From a candidate division WOR-3 bacterium (GTDB lineage Bacteria > Hydrothermota > Tepidihabitantia > Tepidihabitantales > Tepidihabitantaceae), in NCBI GenBank assembly GCA_965649295.1, contig CBFGKH010000001.1, positions 224,001 through 288,000 on the forward strand: DNA of 64,000 nucleotides, read 5' to 3'. The position numbers and the translations under genes were made by a program. The notes under the pieces were generated by a model, which saw only the letters and a list, made by a program, of their open reading frames with translations, ran no database searches and was not told the origin of the DNA. Positions 46,485 to 56,008 of this stretch are shown here, piece by piece (positions within the stretch are counted from its first letter, which is position 1; every line of letters starts with the position of its first letter).

Positions 46485-49388
46485 TTAGCGCACGAGCACG
46501 AGCTTCTGGAGTTCGCTCGACAGGTTCGTATCCAGCTGCACAAAGTACAGCCCGGCCCGGAGTCCATCAAGCGCAACCTGCCGATCTTGACCGTCAAGCT
46601 GTGCCTTCAACACCTCGCGGCCGGTCAGGTCAAACACCCGCATCATTCCGCTGCCCAGGTTCGCCGGCAAGTCCAGCACTGACCGCTTGTATGGACTCGG
46701 CAGCCGGAACTTCTCGCTCACTACCGATCGCTGGCCCTCAGCCATACCGATGTAGGGCGGATAGTAGTAGAGTACGGTTGTGTTCGGCGCTGGCAGGTGA
46801 TTGGCAGGGTTACCATTGAAGCAGTACTGATGGTACCAGTTACCCGCACCAGTCATACCCTGTATTCCGAGCGTACTTGAGTTCACAGCATCGGGCAGGG
46901 TCTGGTAGTTACACCTTATCCGACCAGAGTTATCAAGAATCACCTGCCCGGTGAAGGTACCGGTTCCTGAATACGGCGGAACATTAACCCAGGCAAAAAC
47001 CGTATAGTTGTTGGCCGGGCTGTTGTACTGATAGACTGCGCCACCGCGGCCAGGATGCAGGTCATCCCAGTAGAGACCGATGAAGTTGGTGATATTGGCT
47101 GCTGGCAACGCCGTGTTGCTGTAGGATGTAGCTGTGCTGGTTTGGAGGAACCCATTAGTGCAGATATTAATGCTGGTTAGGTCCTGACCATAGTAGCGGA
47201 ATGTGAACGGCAGCGCACAGGTCGCATAGCCGTCGTCACTTGAACCCTGCCAGGTCGTTATCTGGGTTCCACCGGTCGGATCAATCCAGTTGTAGGTGAC
47301 AGTGTCACCTTCCTGGGTTGACTCGTAGATATAGCCGAAGCCGTCCGGGTCTGACCCGCGTCGGCACATCGCTCGACCGGCGAGCGTGTCATTGCTCGGA
47401 TTCTCGTCGCCGGCCAGCATTGTCCAGGCGGTTGTAATGAAGACATCGCCGATGTTTGGCCGCAACGAGCCGATGGCAATATCAGCAGTCGCCGCCGGTG
47501 CCAGCCCGGTCACCGTCGCCTCACCCTCAAACCGGTTGGCACCAAGCAATGAATCATACACCTGGAACCGGACATTGAAGGTCTCGGTATTGGCTCCCAG
47601 ATTGACTACTCGCACAGCGAAGTGAGCTGAGTCGCCCGGCCGCACCCGACCGACTGGCGAAACCGACTGCACTGCCACATCATGCTGCAGCGGCGCGAAC
47701 CCAACCGCTGCCACGTCGTCAATCATCCAGCCATTGTTTACGACTGAACCGTCGCTCGTGAACCGCCAACGCAGCATAAACCCGGTGCCGCTGTTGACCG
47801 GAATCTTGAACAAAGCCAGCACCCACTGCCCCGGTCCGGCACCGGTATAGCCGCGGCCGCCGTTGGTATAGACCGTGTCGTCATAAGGCGCACTGTATTC
47901 GAGCCACGGGGTGATAATCGGCCAAGTCATGCCACCATCGGTCGAGATGCGCAAGTTGCCGCCGTCAAAGCGCGTCTCGGTCTGATACCAGTGCCAGAAG
48001 GCCACGACCGGCGTATCAACGTTCGCGGTGTAGCTGGGAGTTGTCAGTCGCCAATCGAGGCTGTTTGGATACTGGCCGGCCAGTGGCGCTCCCCAGACCT
48101 TGCTGCCAGAATGCGCACCGGGCCGCGGTGTCTGAGGCTCGCCCCATTGCCAGCCCGGCGCTGGCGAACCGGAAGCGACAAACCCAGCATCGCTGCTTTC
48201 GAAGTCATAAACAATGTCAGCAATCATCGCGAGCGAAGTCCTAAAGTCGTTGCTAGCCACTTCGTCGCCAGCCAGCATCGTGCTGCAGCGGGCAGTGAAC
48301 ACACCACCGCCAGCCGGCACCCAGTCGTCAAAGGTGACCGTCATCGTCTCGCCGACACCAAGCCCAGGCACCATGGCAGTTGAAACGTAGCCACCGGTTA
48401 TCTCCATTCGGACTTCGAACGACCCGACTGCCGCCGTGCCGAAGTTCTTGACTAGCGCGGCTGGCGTCACTGGGTTGCCAGCATTGAGAAACCCCACTGG
48501 CGCCAGTAGTGCGGCAACACCAACATCGTTCGCCGGTGGTATCACCCGGAAGCAGAAGACCGAATCAAACGGGTCGCTCTGGGCCAAGGCTAAGAGGAAC
48601 GTGTCGCCCCGCCACATCTCGCAACCGCCGTGAACCGGTCCGAGCTCCGGCATCACCATCGTGTCAACGACTGTCCAGGACGGATAGTCATAAAGTATCA
48701 CCTCGCCCGAGTTATCAGCCGTTGTCGCGAACGCCCGGTTATGAGTAAGATCAATCGCCATCCCATAGATGGCATAAGGCGGAACCGGCGCCACCTGCCG
48801 CGACCCAGTTCCATTCGTTGCGAACTTCACCACCGGGCTGTTTGTGAAGTTGGCGCTATACAGCGAATCGCCATCGAACGCCATTGCCCTTACCACGCTC
48901 GGGGTCGTGCTGCCGGAAACCGTGTAGCTAGCGATTAGCGCATGAGTCGTGGCGTCAATCTTGTCCAGACGATTGCCGTCTGAACCGGCATAGACGACAT
49001 CCTCAACCGGGTCATAGGTCATGTCCCGGTATCCCCACTCAGTCGTCACCGCCTGCTGAAACGAATCTACCAGCGTAAGAGTCCGCGCGTCGAAGATGAA
49101 TATCCAGTTCGGGTCGGTTGTCGCCGAGCGCCCGCCCGAAGAAACCCAGATGAGCGTCTCCTGCACTGCGGTGACGCCCAGCGAGAGAATGTTGTTGGTA
49201 CTGAACCGCCACTCGACCGTGTATGGCCATGCATCGCGACTGCGATTAGGTTCACGCAATACGCTGGCCGCATCGGTAGTTGAAGGGTTGATGGACGCTG
49301 GCTGTTTCTTTGCCAGCTCTTTGGTGGCTGCTGGACCGGCCCAGAGAGTCGCCGCCAGCAGCATTAGCGCGATCACTGTGGTACGCAT
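46485..49388 (-). CDS. Secreted multidomain protein (propeller, CARDB-like, MAM/cleaved-adhesin-like, T9SS-type CTD)
   Basis: AAGGAGG RBS, signal peptide; DFES...WQWG.P...FWHWYQTE..FDGG...RWRFTSDGSV..GWMIDDV; GLYFVQL...QKLVLVR. Confidence 0.8.
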   Translation of the reverse strand: MRTTVIALMLLAATLWAGPAATKELAKKQPASINPSTTDAASVLREPNRSRDAWPYTVEWRFSTNNILSLGVTAVQETLIWVSSGGRSATTDPNWIFIFDARTLTLVDSFQQAVTTEWGYRDMTYDPVEDVVYAGSDGNRLDKIDATTHALIASYTVSGSTTPSVVRAMAFDGDSLYSANFTNSPVVKFATNGTGSRQVAPVPPYAIYGMAIDLTHNRAFATTADNSGEVILYDYPSWTVVDTMVMPELGPVHGGCEMWRGDTFLLALAQSDPFDSVFCFRVIPPANDVGVAALLAPVGFLNAGNPVTPAALVKNFGTAAVGSFEVRMEITGGYVSTAMVPGLGVGETMTVTFDDWVPAGGGVFTARCSTMLAGDEVASNDFRTSLAMIADIVYDFESSDAGFVASGSPAPGWQWGEPQTPRPGAHSGSKVWGAPLAGQYPNSLDWRLTTPSYTANVDTPVVAFWHWYQTETRFDGGNLRISTDGGMTWPIITPWLEYSAPYDDTVYTNGGRGYTGAGPGQWVLALFKIPVNSGTGFMLRWRFTSDGSVVNNGWMIDDVAAVGFAPLQHDVAVQSVSPVGRVRPGDSAHFAVRVVNLGANTETFNVRFQVYDSLLGANRFEGEATVTGLAPAATADIAIGSLRPNIGDVFITTAWTMLAGDENPSNDTLAGRAMCRRGSDPDGFGYIYESTQEGDTVTYNWIDPTGGTQITTWQGSSDDGYATCALPFTFRYYGQDLTSINICTNGFLQTSTATSYSNTALPAANITNFIGLYWDDLHPGRGGAVYQYNSPANNYTVFAWVNVPPYSGTGTFTGQVILDNSGRIRCNYQTLPDAVNSSTLGIQGMTGAGNWYHQYCFNGNPANHLPAPNTTVLYYYPPYIGMAEGQRSVVSEKFRLPSPYKRSVLDLPANLGSGMMRVFDLTGREVLKAQLDGQDRQVALDGLRAGLYFVQLDTNLSSELQKLVLVR

Positions 49389-49517
49389 ACAGACACCTCC
49401 TTGGAACTTCCTGCAGGTGCGACAGCATACCATCACTGGCCTACTTGTAAAGTCCCTTGACACAAATCATTACCGGCAGCAGGACAGGCTGCCACCGACA
49501 ATTCTTTCGACTGCTGC

Positions 49518-49877
49518 CTATTCGAGCCAGACCTCGATGTGCTGACCTTTCTCCGTGTCCTCGATATCAACAATCTTGCCCGTGATCCCACGCTCCAGGG
49601 CCTCGGACACCGCCTGCATATCAATCTCGTGTTCATCAATCTTGGCCTTGGCTGACTCCGGAGCCAACTTCATGGCCCAGCGCACCAAACCAACCGGCAC
49701 GGTGATGTTCACCTTCGGCCGGGCACCATCCTGTTCGGTCACCCGCACCTTGACAAAACGATTGACCTGCCCTCCGCCTTCGCTGCGCCTGATAGCATCG
49801 AGCAGACGGGCTGCTTCCTCAGCCGTGATCTTCTTCTCCTCAAGCAGCTTGAGGATACGATCCTGTTCAGCACTCAC
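49518..49877 (-). CDS. SHOCT-like domain protein
   Basis: EQDRILKLLEEKKITAEEAARLLDA; KVNITVPVGL; IVDIED...IEVWLE. Confidence 0.75.
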   Translation of the reverse strand: MSAEQDRILKLLEEKKITAEEAARLLDAIRRSEGGGQVNRFVKVRVTEQDGARPKVNITVPVGLVRWAMKLAPESAKAKIDEHEIDMQAVSEALERGITGKIVDIEDTEKGQHIEVWLE

Positions 49878-50131
49878 TTTGCCCTCCGAATTTGATTGAT
49901 GGCCTTTTCAACGTCAATCTTGCCAGCTTCGAGATCCGAGATGATCTGCGACCGGGACCGACCCTGCCGTATCTGCCGCCTGATCCTTCGCCAGATAAGC
50001 ACGACGCCGGCCGCGACAACAAGCAGCGGCCAGTCTCGTCGAAACTCCATATACGGTACGCCCAACGCCGAAAGCCAGATCCACAACCCGACGACAACCA
50101 TGAATATTCCCCAGCCGAGCAACCGCTTCAT
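49874..50131 (-). CDS. Small membrane protein (DUF5668/LiaF-like TM) with SHOCT-like tail
   Basis: Two TM helices with DWPLLVV; LEAGKIDVEKA. Confidence 0.7.
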   Translation of the reverse strand: MKRLLGWGIFMVVVGLWIWLSALGVPYMEFRRDWPLLVVAAGVVLIWRRIRRQIRQGRSRSQIISDLEAGKIDVEKAINQIRRAK

Positions 50132-50171
50132 CGCTCACCTCCTGACAACGACCAACAGTGCCGCTGCTGGC

Positions 50172-50360
50172 TCATCCCCGCCTCCCGCGGCGAATCAGCC
50201 ATGAAATACCCTCACCGATTTCTAGCAATCCGATGATGACGATAATCACCGGCCAGTCACGTCGGAAGATGATTCCCGAAGTTATCACCCCAAGATTGGC
50301 CAGCCATATCCACATACCGATAGCGATGACAATCAGACCCCAGATTATGCTTCGGACCAT
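50172..50360 (-). CDS. Small membrane protein (DUF5668/LiaF-like TM)
   Basis: WGLIVIAIG...DWPVIIVIIGL; paralog of its neighbour. Confidence 0.7.
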   Translation of the reverse strand: MVRSIIWGLIVIAIGMWIWLANLGVITSGIIFRRDWPVIIVIIGLLEIGEGISWLIRRGRRG

Positions 50361-51251
50361 CTATGCCTCCTTGCTGTTGCGAACAGTTATGTCGCCGGTG
50401 CGCGTGCGGCAGACGAGCTTCGGCCCGCCGGCGCCAACCTTCAGATAGACGTAACCGTCACGTCGTTCCAGCTCCTCAAACTGACCGCTCAGGTCAACTT
50501 CGATTTCGCCGGCGTGCTCTTCCCAAGCTTCTAGCTGAAGTTCAAGCTCAAGATTGACCGCTGCTGGCAGCGCCACCTCGATATCACCAGATTTCGAAAC
50601 CAGCCGCCCAGCGATATTGCCAGTGGCCTCGACATCAATGTCACCGGACTTAGACTCAACACTGACCCGACCCTCAGAGCGGATAAGCTGAACGTCACCG
50701 GCGACTGTGCTAATGCTGACTTCTCCCGCAACTGCTGCCAGGTTTATGTCTCCTGATACCGATTTCAGAGCAATTCGCCCGGCAAGACCCCCAATGTCAA
50801 TCTCGCCCGAAACAGTCTCGGCTTCAAGCGTACCGGCAACTGGCATCGTGGCGTCAACATCACCGGAGATTGACCTTACCTGCACCACCTCACCGCGACT
50901 CCGAATCTTCACCATGCCGCCTGAGTAACTGACACTGACCGTCTCTTCCGAACTGGCCCCAATCGTGACATCACCAGAAACAGTCTTCACCGACAGGTCG
51001 CGTTTGCCGACAAATTCCTGGGTGTCCTCGTCCTTGGCCTCAAGGCCGGACTGAACCGCGTTCGCCACGATGTCCGGCAGAATATCGAGCGTTCGAAAAG
51101 CACCATGTCGCCGGACGCGGATACCTGCGACCTGGGTAGTTGACGGTCCTGACTGGCGCACACCCAGTGCCTCGATTAGCCTTGCTGCCTGATCAGCAGT
51201 AATCCTGCCGTCTTCAAGCAGCTTGAGAATTCGTTCTCGCTCTTCGCTCAT
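50361..51251 (-). CDS. DUF4097 beta-strand-repeat protein with N-terminal SHOCT-like domain (YvlB/LiaX-like)
   Basis: EERERILKLLEDGRITADQAARLIEAL; repeated (T/S)VSGD(I/V) units. Confidence 0.8.
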   Translation of the reverse strand: MSEERERILKLLEDGRITADQAARLIEALGVRQSGPSTTQVAGIRVRRHGAFRTLDILPDIVANAVQSGLEAKDEDTQEFVGKRDLSVKTVSGDVTIGASSEETVSVSYSGGMVKIRSRGEVVQVRSISGDVDATMPVAGTLEAETVSGEIDIGGLAGRIALKSVSGDINLAAVAGEVSISTVAGDVQLIRSEGRVSVESKSGDIDVEATGNIAGRLVSKSGDIEVALPAAVNLELELQLEAWEEHAGEIEVDLSGQFEELERRDGYVYLKVGAGGPKLVCRTRTGDITVRNSKEA

Positions 51252-51266
51252 ACTTCACCTCTGCCT

Positions 51267-51638
51267 TCATTTGCCGCCACCCCGCAGTAGCTTCTCCGCC
51301 TCTTCGGCAGTTATCTCGCCACGCTCCAGCATTTGAATCACCTCGCTTGAATCAACTCGACCCGCCTGGTCACCAAAACCGAGCGCTGCCAGCGCCGCAT
51401 CGAGCCGGGAACGGACAGTGGGATAAGAAATCCCCAGCTCCTTTTCTACGTCCCGAATCACGCCGCGATTCTTGATGAACACCACCAGAAACTGATAGAG
51501 GTCATCGGGCAGGCTGCAAAGACTTGGAATCGCGAATCGGCCGCGAACAGCAGTGCCGCATTCTTCACAGCCGAGCTCGGTAATGACCATCTTTCCTTCA
51601 CACACTGGGCAATGACTCACAAACTGCTTTCTCGCCAT
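51267..51638 (-). CDS. DUF2089 family Zn-ribbon HTH regulator
   Basis: CPVC...CEECGTAVRGRF; EKELGISYPTVRSRLD; LERGEITAEEA. Confidence 0.88.
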   Translation of the reverse strand: MARKQFVSHCPVCEGKMVITELGCEECGTAVRGRFAIPSLCSLPDDLYQFLVVFIKNRGVIRDVEKELGISYPTVRSRLDAALAALGFGDQAGRVDSSEVIQMLERGEITAEEAEKLLRGGGK

Positions 51639-52072
51639 CTCTTCTCCCTATTTCACAAACACACTCAGACCAATTATCGACGGAGAACTGACCAAGCGGC
51701 CGTCTAACGAACGCCACCAGACCTCAGTAAACATCAACTCCCCCATAGCCTTCTGCCAAGAAACTGTTGCCACAAAAATCGGGTATTGGCGCGACCAGCC
51801 TTGGCCTCTCAGCAACCATAAGCACCTCCGCCACTACACCAGTCGTACTAGAAACATACAAGTGGCACCTGAACTGCTTGCTCAGCTCACACCCAACCAG
51901 GACACCGAGAATGACAGCGATAGACACCTTCACAGACAATCGATCTCCCAACGAAGCATCCTTGATGGTATTGCAATAATGATATTGAATCCTGGTCATA
52001 CTTTGGCTTAATTTCATTGTCGCAATTGCAGCTCAGTTATCTATTAAGCTAATACTAACATTAACTGACTCT

Positions 52073-52100
52073 ATCATAGCACCATAACGGCAAATGTCAA
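52073..52100 (-). promoter_or_regulatory. Extended -10 sigma70 promoter toward the DUF2089 operon
   Basis: TTGACA-16 bp-(TG.)TATGAT in an AT-rich patch. Confidence 0.55.
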
Positions 52101-52407
52101 TATCCAATTACATTCATAGTCAATATAGTTAATCTAGCTATCAATAATAGTAATCATGATTCTGTTTTCGTATGAATAATATTCATAAACCAACAGCCGG
52201 TAACGGGCTAAATTGATGATGGCTGACATCCCCTACGAGCTCATCTGAATCTCAGTAGTAGCGAACACCAACAACCTCTGGGATGGCTGTCATTTGCCAA
52301 ACGGCAGTGGACTCCTGAAATCCGCAGTGGGCATAGGATTCAGCCCTAGGCCGGGCCAAAGGCGGGTTGCGTTGACTTTGTTCTGACCATGATTATCTTT
52401 GGACCCA

Positions 52408-53484
52408 ATGCGCAGGGTCACTATGCTACTACTTCTGCTGCCGGTTCTCGGCATCGGCAACCCGCCAAGCGGTGACGTACGGATCGTTGGCCGCTGTCCG
52501 ATTGACAATGTGACCGTAGTCCAATCTGGCCGGTTCGTCACCAGTGACATTGACGACTTGCTTGTGCTGCAGTCATTAGGGGAGACCGAGCTGGCTGGGC
52601 CACGGATTGGTGGCCGCTGCCGGGTATCGCTCGGTCGGCTTGTGCTCTTGCGCTACAACGCCAGCAGATTCAGCCCGGTCTGGCAGAGCAGTATTTTTGT
52701 GACCAACTCCGGCCCAGACATCATCCCAACTGCTTGGACAGCAGCCGACCTCACTGCTGACGACCGCCTTGAGGTCATCTTGGTCCAGGCCGACTCGGCT
52801 CGCATCTTTTCCTTCACTGGCGACACTGTCGGCAGCATCACACTACCCTTTCCCTCAGCCGGTGTTGAACAAGTCACCGGTTGGTTGGCTGATAACAACA
52901 CAAAGGCCATCCTCGTGACAATCGAACGGGCCGGCATTGAACCAACCGGCTACGGCATCGCTGCCTACCGGCTTGAGCAGGATTCCTGGATTTCGGCGTA
53001 CCCGCTGCTCGGGCTGGGCATTGACTCAGCAACCAGTCCGGTTCTACTCGGCACAGCCCGCTTTGCCGACTACTACGAACCGATGCCAGTCGTTGCTCTG
53101 GTCCGCTCGACTCTTCGTCCCAGCAGCTATCTTGCACTGGAACCGCTCGAACTTGGCCGGTGGCGGCTCAATAGTTTGCCATTTCCGCGCCAAGAATGGT
53201 TCAGCAAAACCACCCCCCTGCCTGCCGGACCGCTCAGGCTCTTCAATGTTGGTGACACCCTTGTCGCCTATGGCTACTTTGTCCCGGGTGCAAGACCGGC
53301 TGGGCCGAGTGGCAGCTTTGCCGCTCTCGACGACGGTGAATGGCGAATACTCCAGTTCACTCCAGCTGCCCAGCGACTGACCGGGCCGGCCTGTCGCTTC
53401 CGACTGGCTGGGGTTGACGGCTGGATCGAAATCAGAGACGGCCTAATCTACTTCTACTCTGGCGAAGTATTTCACTGGCGCTGA
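52408..53484 (+). CDS. Hypothetical exported protein (FG-GAP-like motif)
   Basis: Long ORF with hydrophobic N-terminus; ADLTADDRLEVI. Confidence 0.65.
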   Translation: MRRVTMLLLLLPVLGIGNPPSGDVRIVGRCPIDNVTVVQSGRFVTSDIDDLLVLQSLGETELAGPRIGGRCRVSLGRLVLLRYNASRFSPVWQSSIFVTNSGPDIIPTAWTAADLTADDRLEVILVQADSARIFSFTGDTVGSITLPFPSAGVEQVTGWLADNNTKAILVTIERAGIEPTGYGIAAYRLEQDSWISAYPLLGLGIDSATSPVLLGTARFADYYEPMPVVALVRSTLRPSSYLALEPLELGRWRLNSLPFPRQEWFSKTTPLPAGPLRLFNVGDTLVAYGYFVPGARPAGPSGSFAALDDGEWRILQFTPAAQRLTGPACRFRLAGVDGWIEIRDGLIYFYSGEVFHWR

Positions 53485-53538
53485 CGCTGTTCTATACCGG
53501 TAGTTTGACCGTTTGGGCGCCATTGACTACAATAGGCC

Positions 53539-53970
53539 GTGCGCAAGCTCAAAGTTTCGGAACACGACCTGCTATTTGCCTTGGAAAATCGGGTTGCCGG
53601 CGTAACCCACTACCTGGACACCGAAACTGGCGATGTTGTTCCAGTCTTCACCTATAATCGCGAGCTAATCCTTGCCGCTGTCAAAGAGAATCCTAGCCGC
53701 TATGTTCGGCTTGCGCCCCAATCCGGCTCTCAGGCCTACAAGGCAATGATTGACTTCACCCGCACCGTGAACCGGCCTGACCTACGTACTAAACTTGAGG
53801 CCGCACTCACCCAGCCCAGCCGCTTCCGGCTATTCCGCGAGCTTTTGGCCGAGTACCAAGAAGAACAAGCCCGCTGGCGTCAGTTCCGCGGCGCAGCCAT
53901 GCTCCAGGCGCTCTGCGATCGGCTGCGCGAATCGGCGATTGAACTTGTGCTTGTCCGCTCCCGCTGCTAG
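53539..53970 (+). CDS. UPF0158 family protein
   Basis: HYLDTETGDV, S.QAYKAMIDF, FRLFRELL...WRQFR. Confidence 0.8.
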   Translation: MRKLKVSEHDLLFALENRVAGVTHYLDTETGDVVPVFTYNRELILAAVKENPSRYVRLAPQSGSQAYKAMIDFTRTVNRPDLRTKLEAALTQPSRFRLFRELLAEYQEEQARWRQFRGAAMLQALCDRLRESAIELVLVRSRC

Positions 53971-55979
53971 CGTCCCTTCAGTACGAGCTTACGCGAGTCG
54001 TTGTCTGCTCCTGATGCCAGCCGCACCGTATAGACCCCAGCGCCGACCTGCCGCCCCTCCTCATCAGTACAGTTCCAGACCAAACGGTTAGGTCCGGGCC
54101 GCACCGGTCCTGAAACAAGTCGTCGCACCAATCGGCCGGCTGGATTGTAGATGTCAATCTGCACCGATTGTTCAGCAGGCACCGTATAGGTCAGTTCAAC
54201 CCGACCCGTGGCTGGGTTTGGGCCAAGGCTCAGCAGTCGCGCTCGCACTCCGGCACCGACGTCCTCGGCAATGCCAAGCCGGACCGTATGCCGCTCCAGA
54301 ATCCAGTCGTTGGGGTCAAACACGATGCCAGTTGGCTGAGCCGGAACACTAAACACTGCTCGTTGCGGATTGGCCGCAACATCAAACCGAAACGTCTGGC
54401 TCCCGCCAGACCAGCTAACCTTCACCTCAACCGGCATGTGAAAGAGGCTTGGCGCTCCGCTCATGTTATGCTGCTCAACATCAATCACGACTTCCCAGCC
54501 GCCCTGCACCTGACGGCCAAACCAACCAATCGTGTAGTTCGGATAACCAAGACCATAGACCCACTCATCAAAGAACCAGCCTAGGTCAAGCCCAGTAACC
54601 TGCTCATGAATCCGCCGATAGTCCTGGGTATTCGCGTTGCGGTAACGGAATGAGTCGCCATAGACGCGCATCGCCCGAAAGAAAACACCTGGCTCAGCCC
54701 AGACCGTGTCGCCTTCGACGAAACGCAGCATGTGCTGAACCCAAGCTGCCTTGCAGTAGGTATGGCCCCAGTCAAACAACTGGTCCGGAAACGGCGGATC
54801 GTAGATCGGTCTGGGGTCCTGGGCTTCTTCATCAAAGTAGTCTTCGGCCCGACTCGCAATCAAGTTGAGAAACGCGGTTCGGCCACTGCGGTGATATTCG
54901 TAGAGCTCATCCGAGTAGGTTGCAAACCCCTCGTTCAGCCAGATTTCACGCCAGTCCTGACAGGTGACCATATCGCCCCACCATTGGTGCGAGAGCTCAT
55001 GGGCAATACCGTTGTCCGAACCATAGACAACCCAGTAACGATGAACCATCGTCATCGTCTGATTCTCCATCCCGCCCCATTCAAACGGGTAGGCCTCAAC
55101 ATGACCATACTTCTCAAACGGATATCGGCCGTAGCGGAGCGAGTCGGAAAAGAAATCTATCATGTCCACAGTATTGGCAAAGGCGCTCACCGCCGCACCT
55201 GAATCAGCCGGCCAGACAAAGGTCTGAACGTAACTCGACTCGGTCGGGCTATAGTGAAACCAGTGCCGCAACTGGGCCCAGCGCGAGGCTGCGAAGGTCA
55301 TCAGGTAGGTGGTAATCGGATACTCATGCCGCCACCAGTAGGTCTTAGTACGATTGCCAGCATTCACCGTCACGCTGTCAAGCAGCCCATTGGCCGCGAC
55401 CACCATCGAGTCCGGCACAGTCACGTTGATACAACAGCCATTCTCGGCCTTGTCCCATGGTTCATCAAAGCAGGGCAGCCAGTAGCGAGCATCAGCCGGC
55501 TCGGTTGTCGTGTAGGCCAGTGCGTGATGACCAGTCTGATAGCGGGTGTACCAGAAGAAACCGCGGTTGCTGACGCTGCCGGAGCGCCGATAGTAGATGT
55601 CAACTGCCAACGACTCACCCTGCCCGAACTCACGGTCAAGGTCAATCCACAGCCGGCCGGCCCCAGTCGAAAACGCACAGACATTGCCATCGCGCCGGAC
55701 TGAATCGCAAATGAGGTTGATCATGTGCAGACTGAACGTATCGAAGTTTGGTTCGTTTGCCACCAGGGCGACACGCACCCGCGCCGAATACGCGCCTGTC
55801 ACCATCGGTAGGTTCAAGTCAACCCGATAGTGGCGAACATCAAACGAATGGAATGAATCAGCCGGCATTGGCAGAAGCGTGGTCGGAAACAGGGTGAACT
55901 TGCCATCACCCCGCCACGGCGACCGAGAAATACCAAGTCCGACGAACAAGACCAGGCCAAGCAGTAGTAATCTTCGCAC
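53967..55979 (-). CDS. Secreted M1 family aminopeptidase with FlgD-Ig/T9SS-type CTD
   Basis: GGMENQ, HELSHQWWGD...WLNEGFATY; C-terminus PNPA...GVYTVRL...RKLVLKGR. Confidence 0.92.
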   Translation of the reverse strand: MRRLLLLGLVLFVGLGISRSPWRGDGKFTLFPTTLLPMPADSFHSFDVRHYRVDLNLPMVTGAYSARVRVALVANEPNFDTFSLHMINLICDSVRRDGNVCAFSTGAGRLWIDLDREFGQGESLAVDIYYRRSGSVSNRGFFWYTRYQTGHHALAYTTTEPADARYWLPCFDEPWDKAENGCCINVTVPDSMVVAANGLLDSVTVNAGNRTKTYWWRHEYPITTYLMTFAASRWAQLRHWFHYSPTESSYVQTFVWPADSGAAVSAFANTVDMIDFFSDSLRYGRYPFEKYGHVEAYPFEWGGMENQTMTMVHRYWVVYGSDNGIAHELSHQWWGDMVTCQDWREIWLNEGFATYSDELYEYHRSGRTAFLNLIASRAEDYFDEEAQDPRPIYDPPFPDQLFDWGHTYCKAAWVQHMLRFVEGDTVWAEPGVFFRAMRVYGDSFRYRNANTQDYRRIHEQVTGLDLGWFFDEWVYGLGYPNYTIGWFGRQVQGGWEVVIDVEQHNMSGAPSLFHMPVEVKVSWSGGSQTFRFDVAANPQRAVFSVPAQPTGIVFDPNDWILERHTVRLGIAEDVGAGVRARLLSLGPNPATGRVELTYTVPAEQSVQIDIYNPAGRLVRRLVSGPVRPGPNRLVWNCTDEEGRQVGAGVYTVRLASGADNDSRKLVLKGR

Positions 55980-56008
55980 AGCTTCTCCTTGTGACCTAGA
56001 CAGAGATT

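Noticed and set aside
52205..52347. TPP, c-di-AMP or 6S RNA assignment
   Set aside because: Only fragments (CUGAGA, GCUGAAUCC) resemble the consensus; the core motifs are missing.
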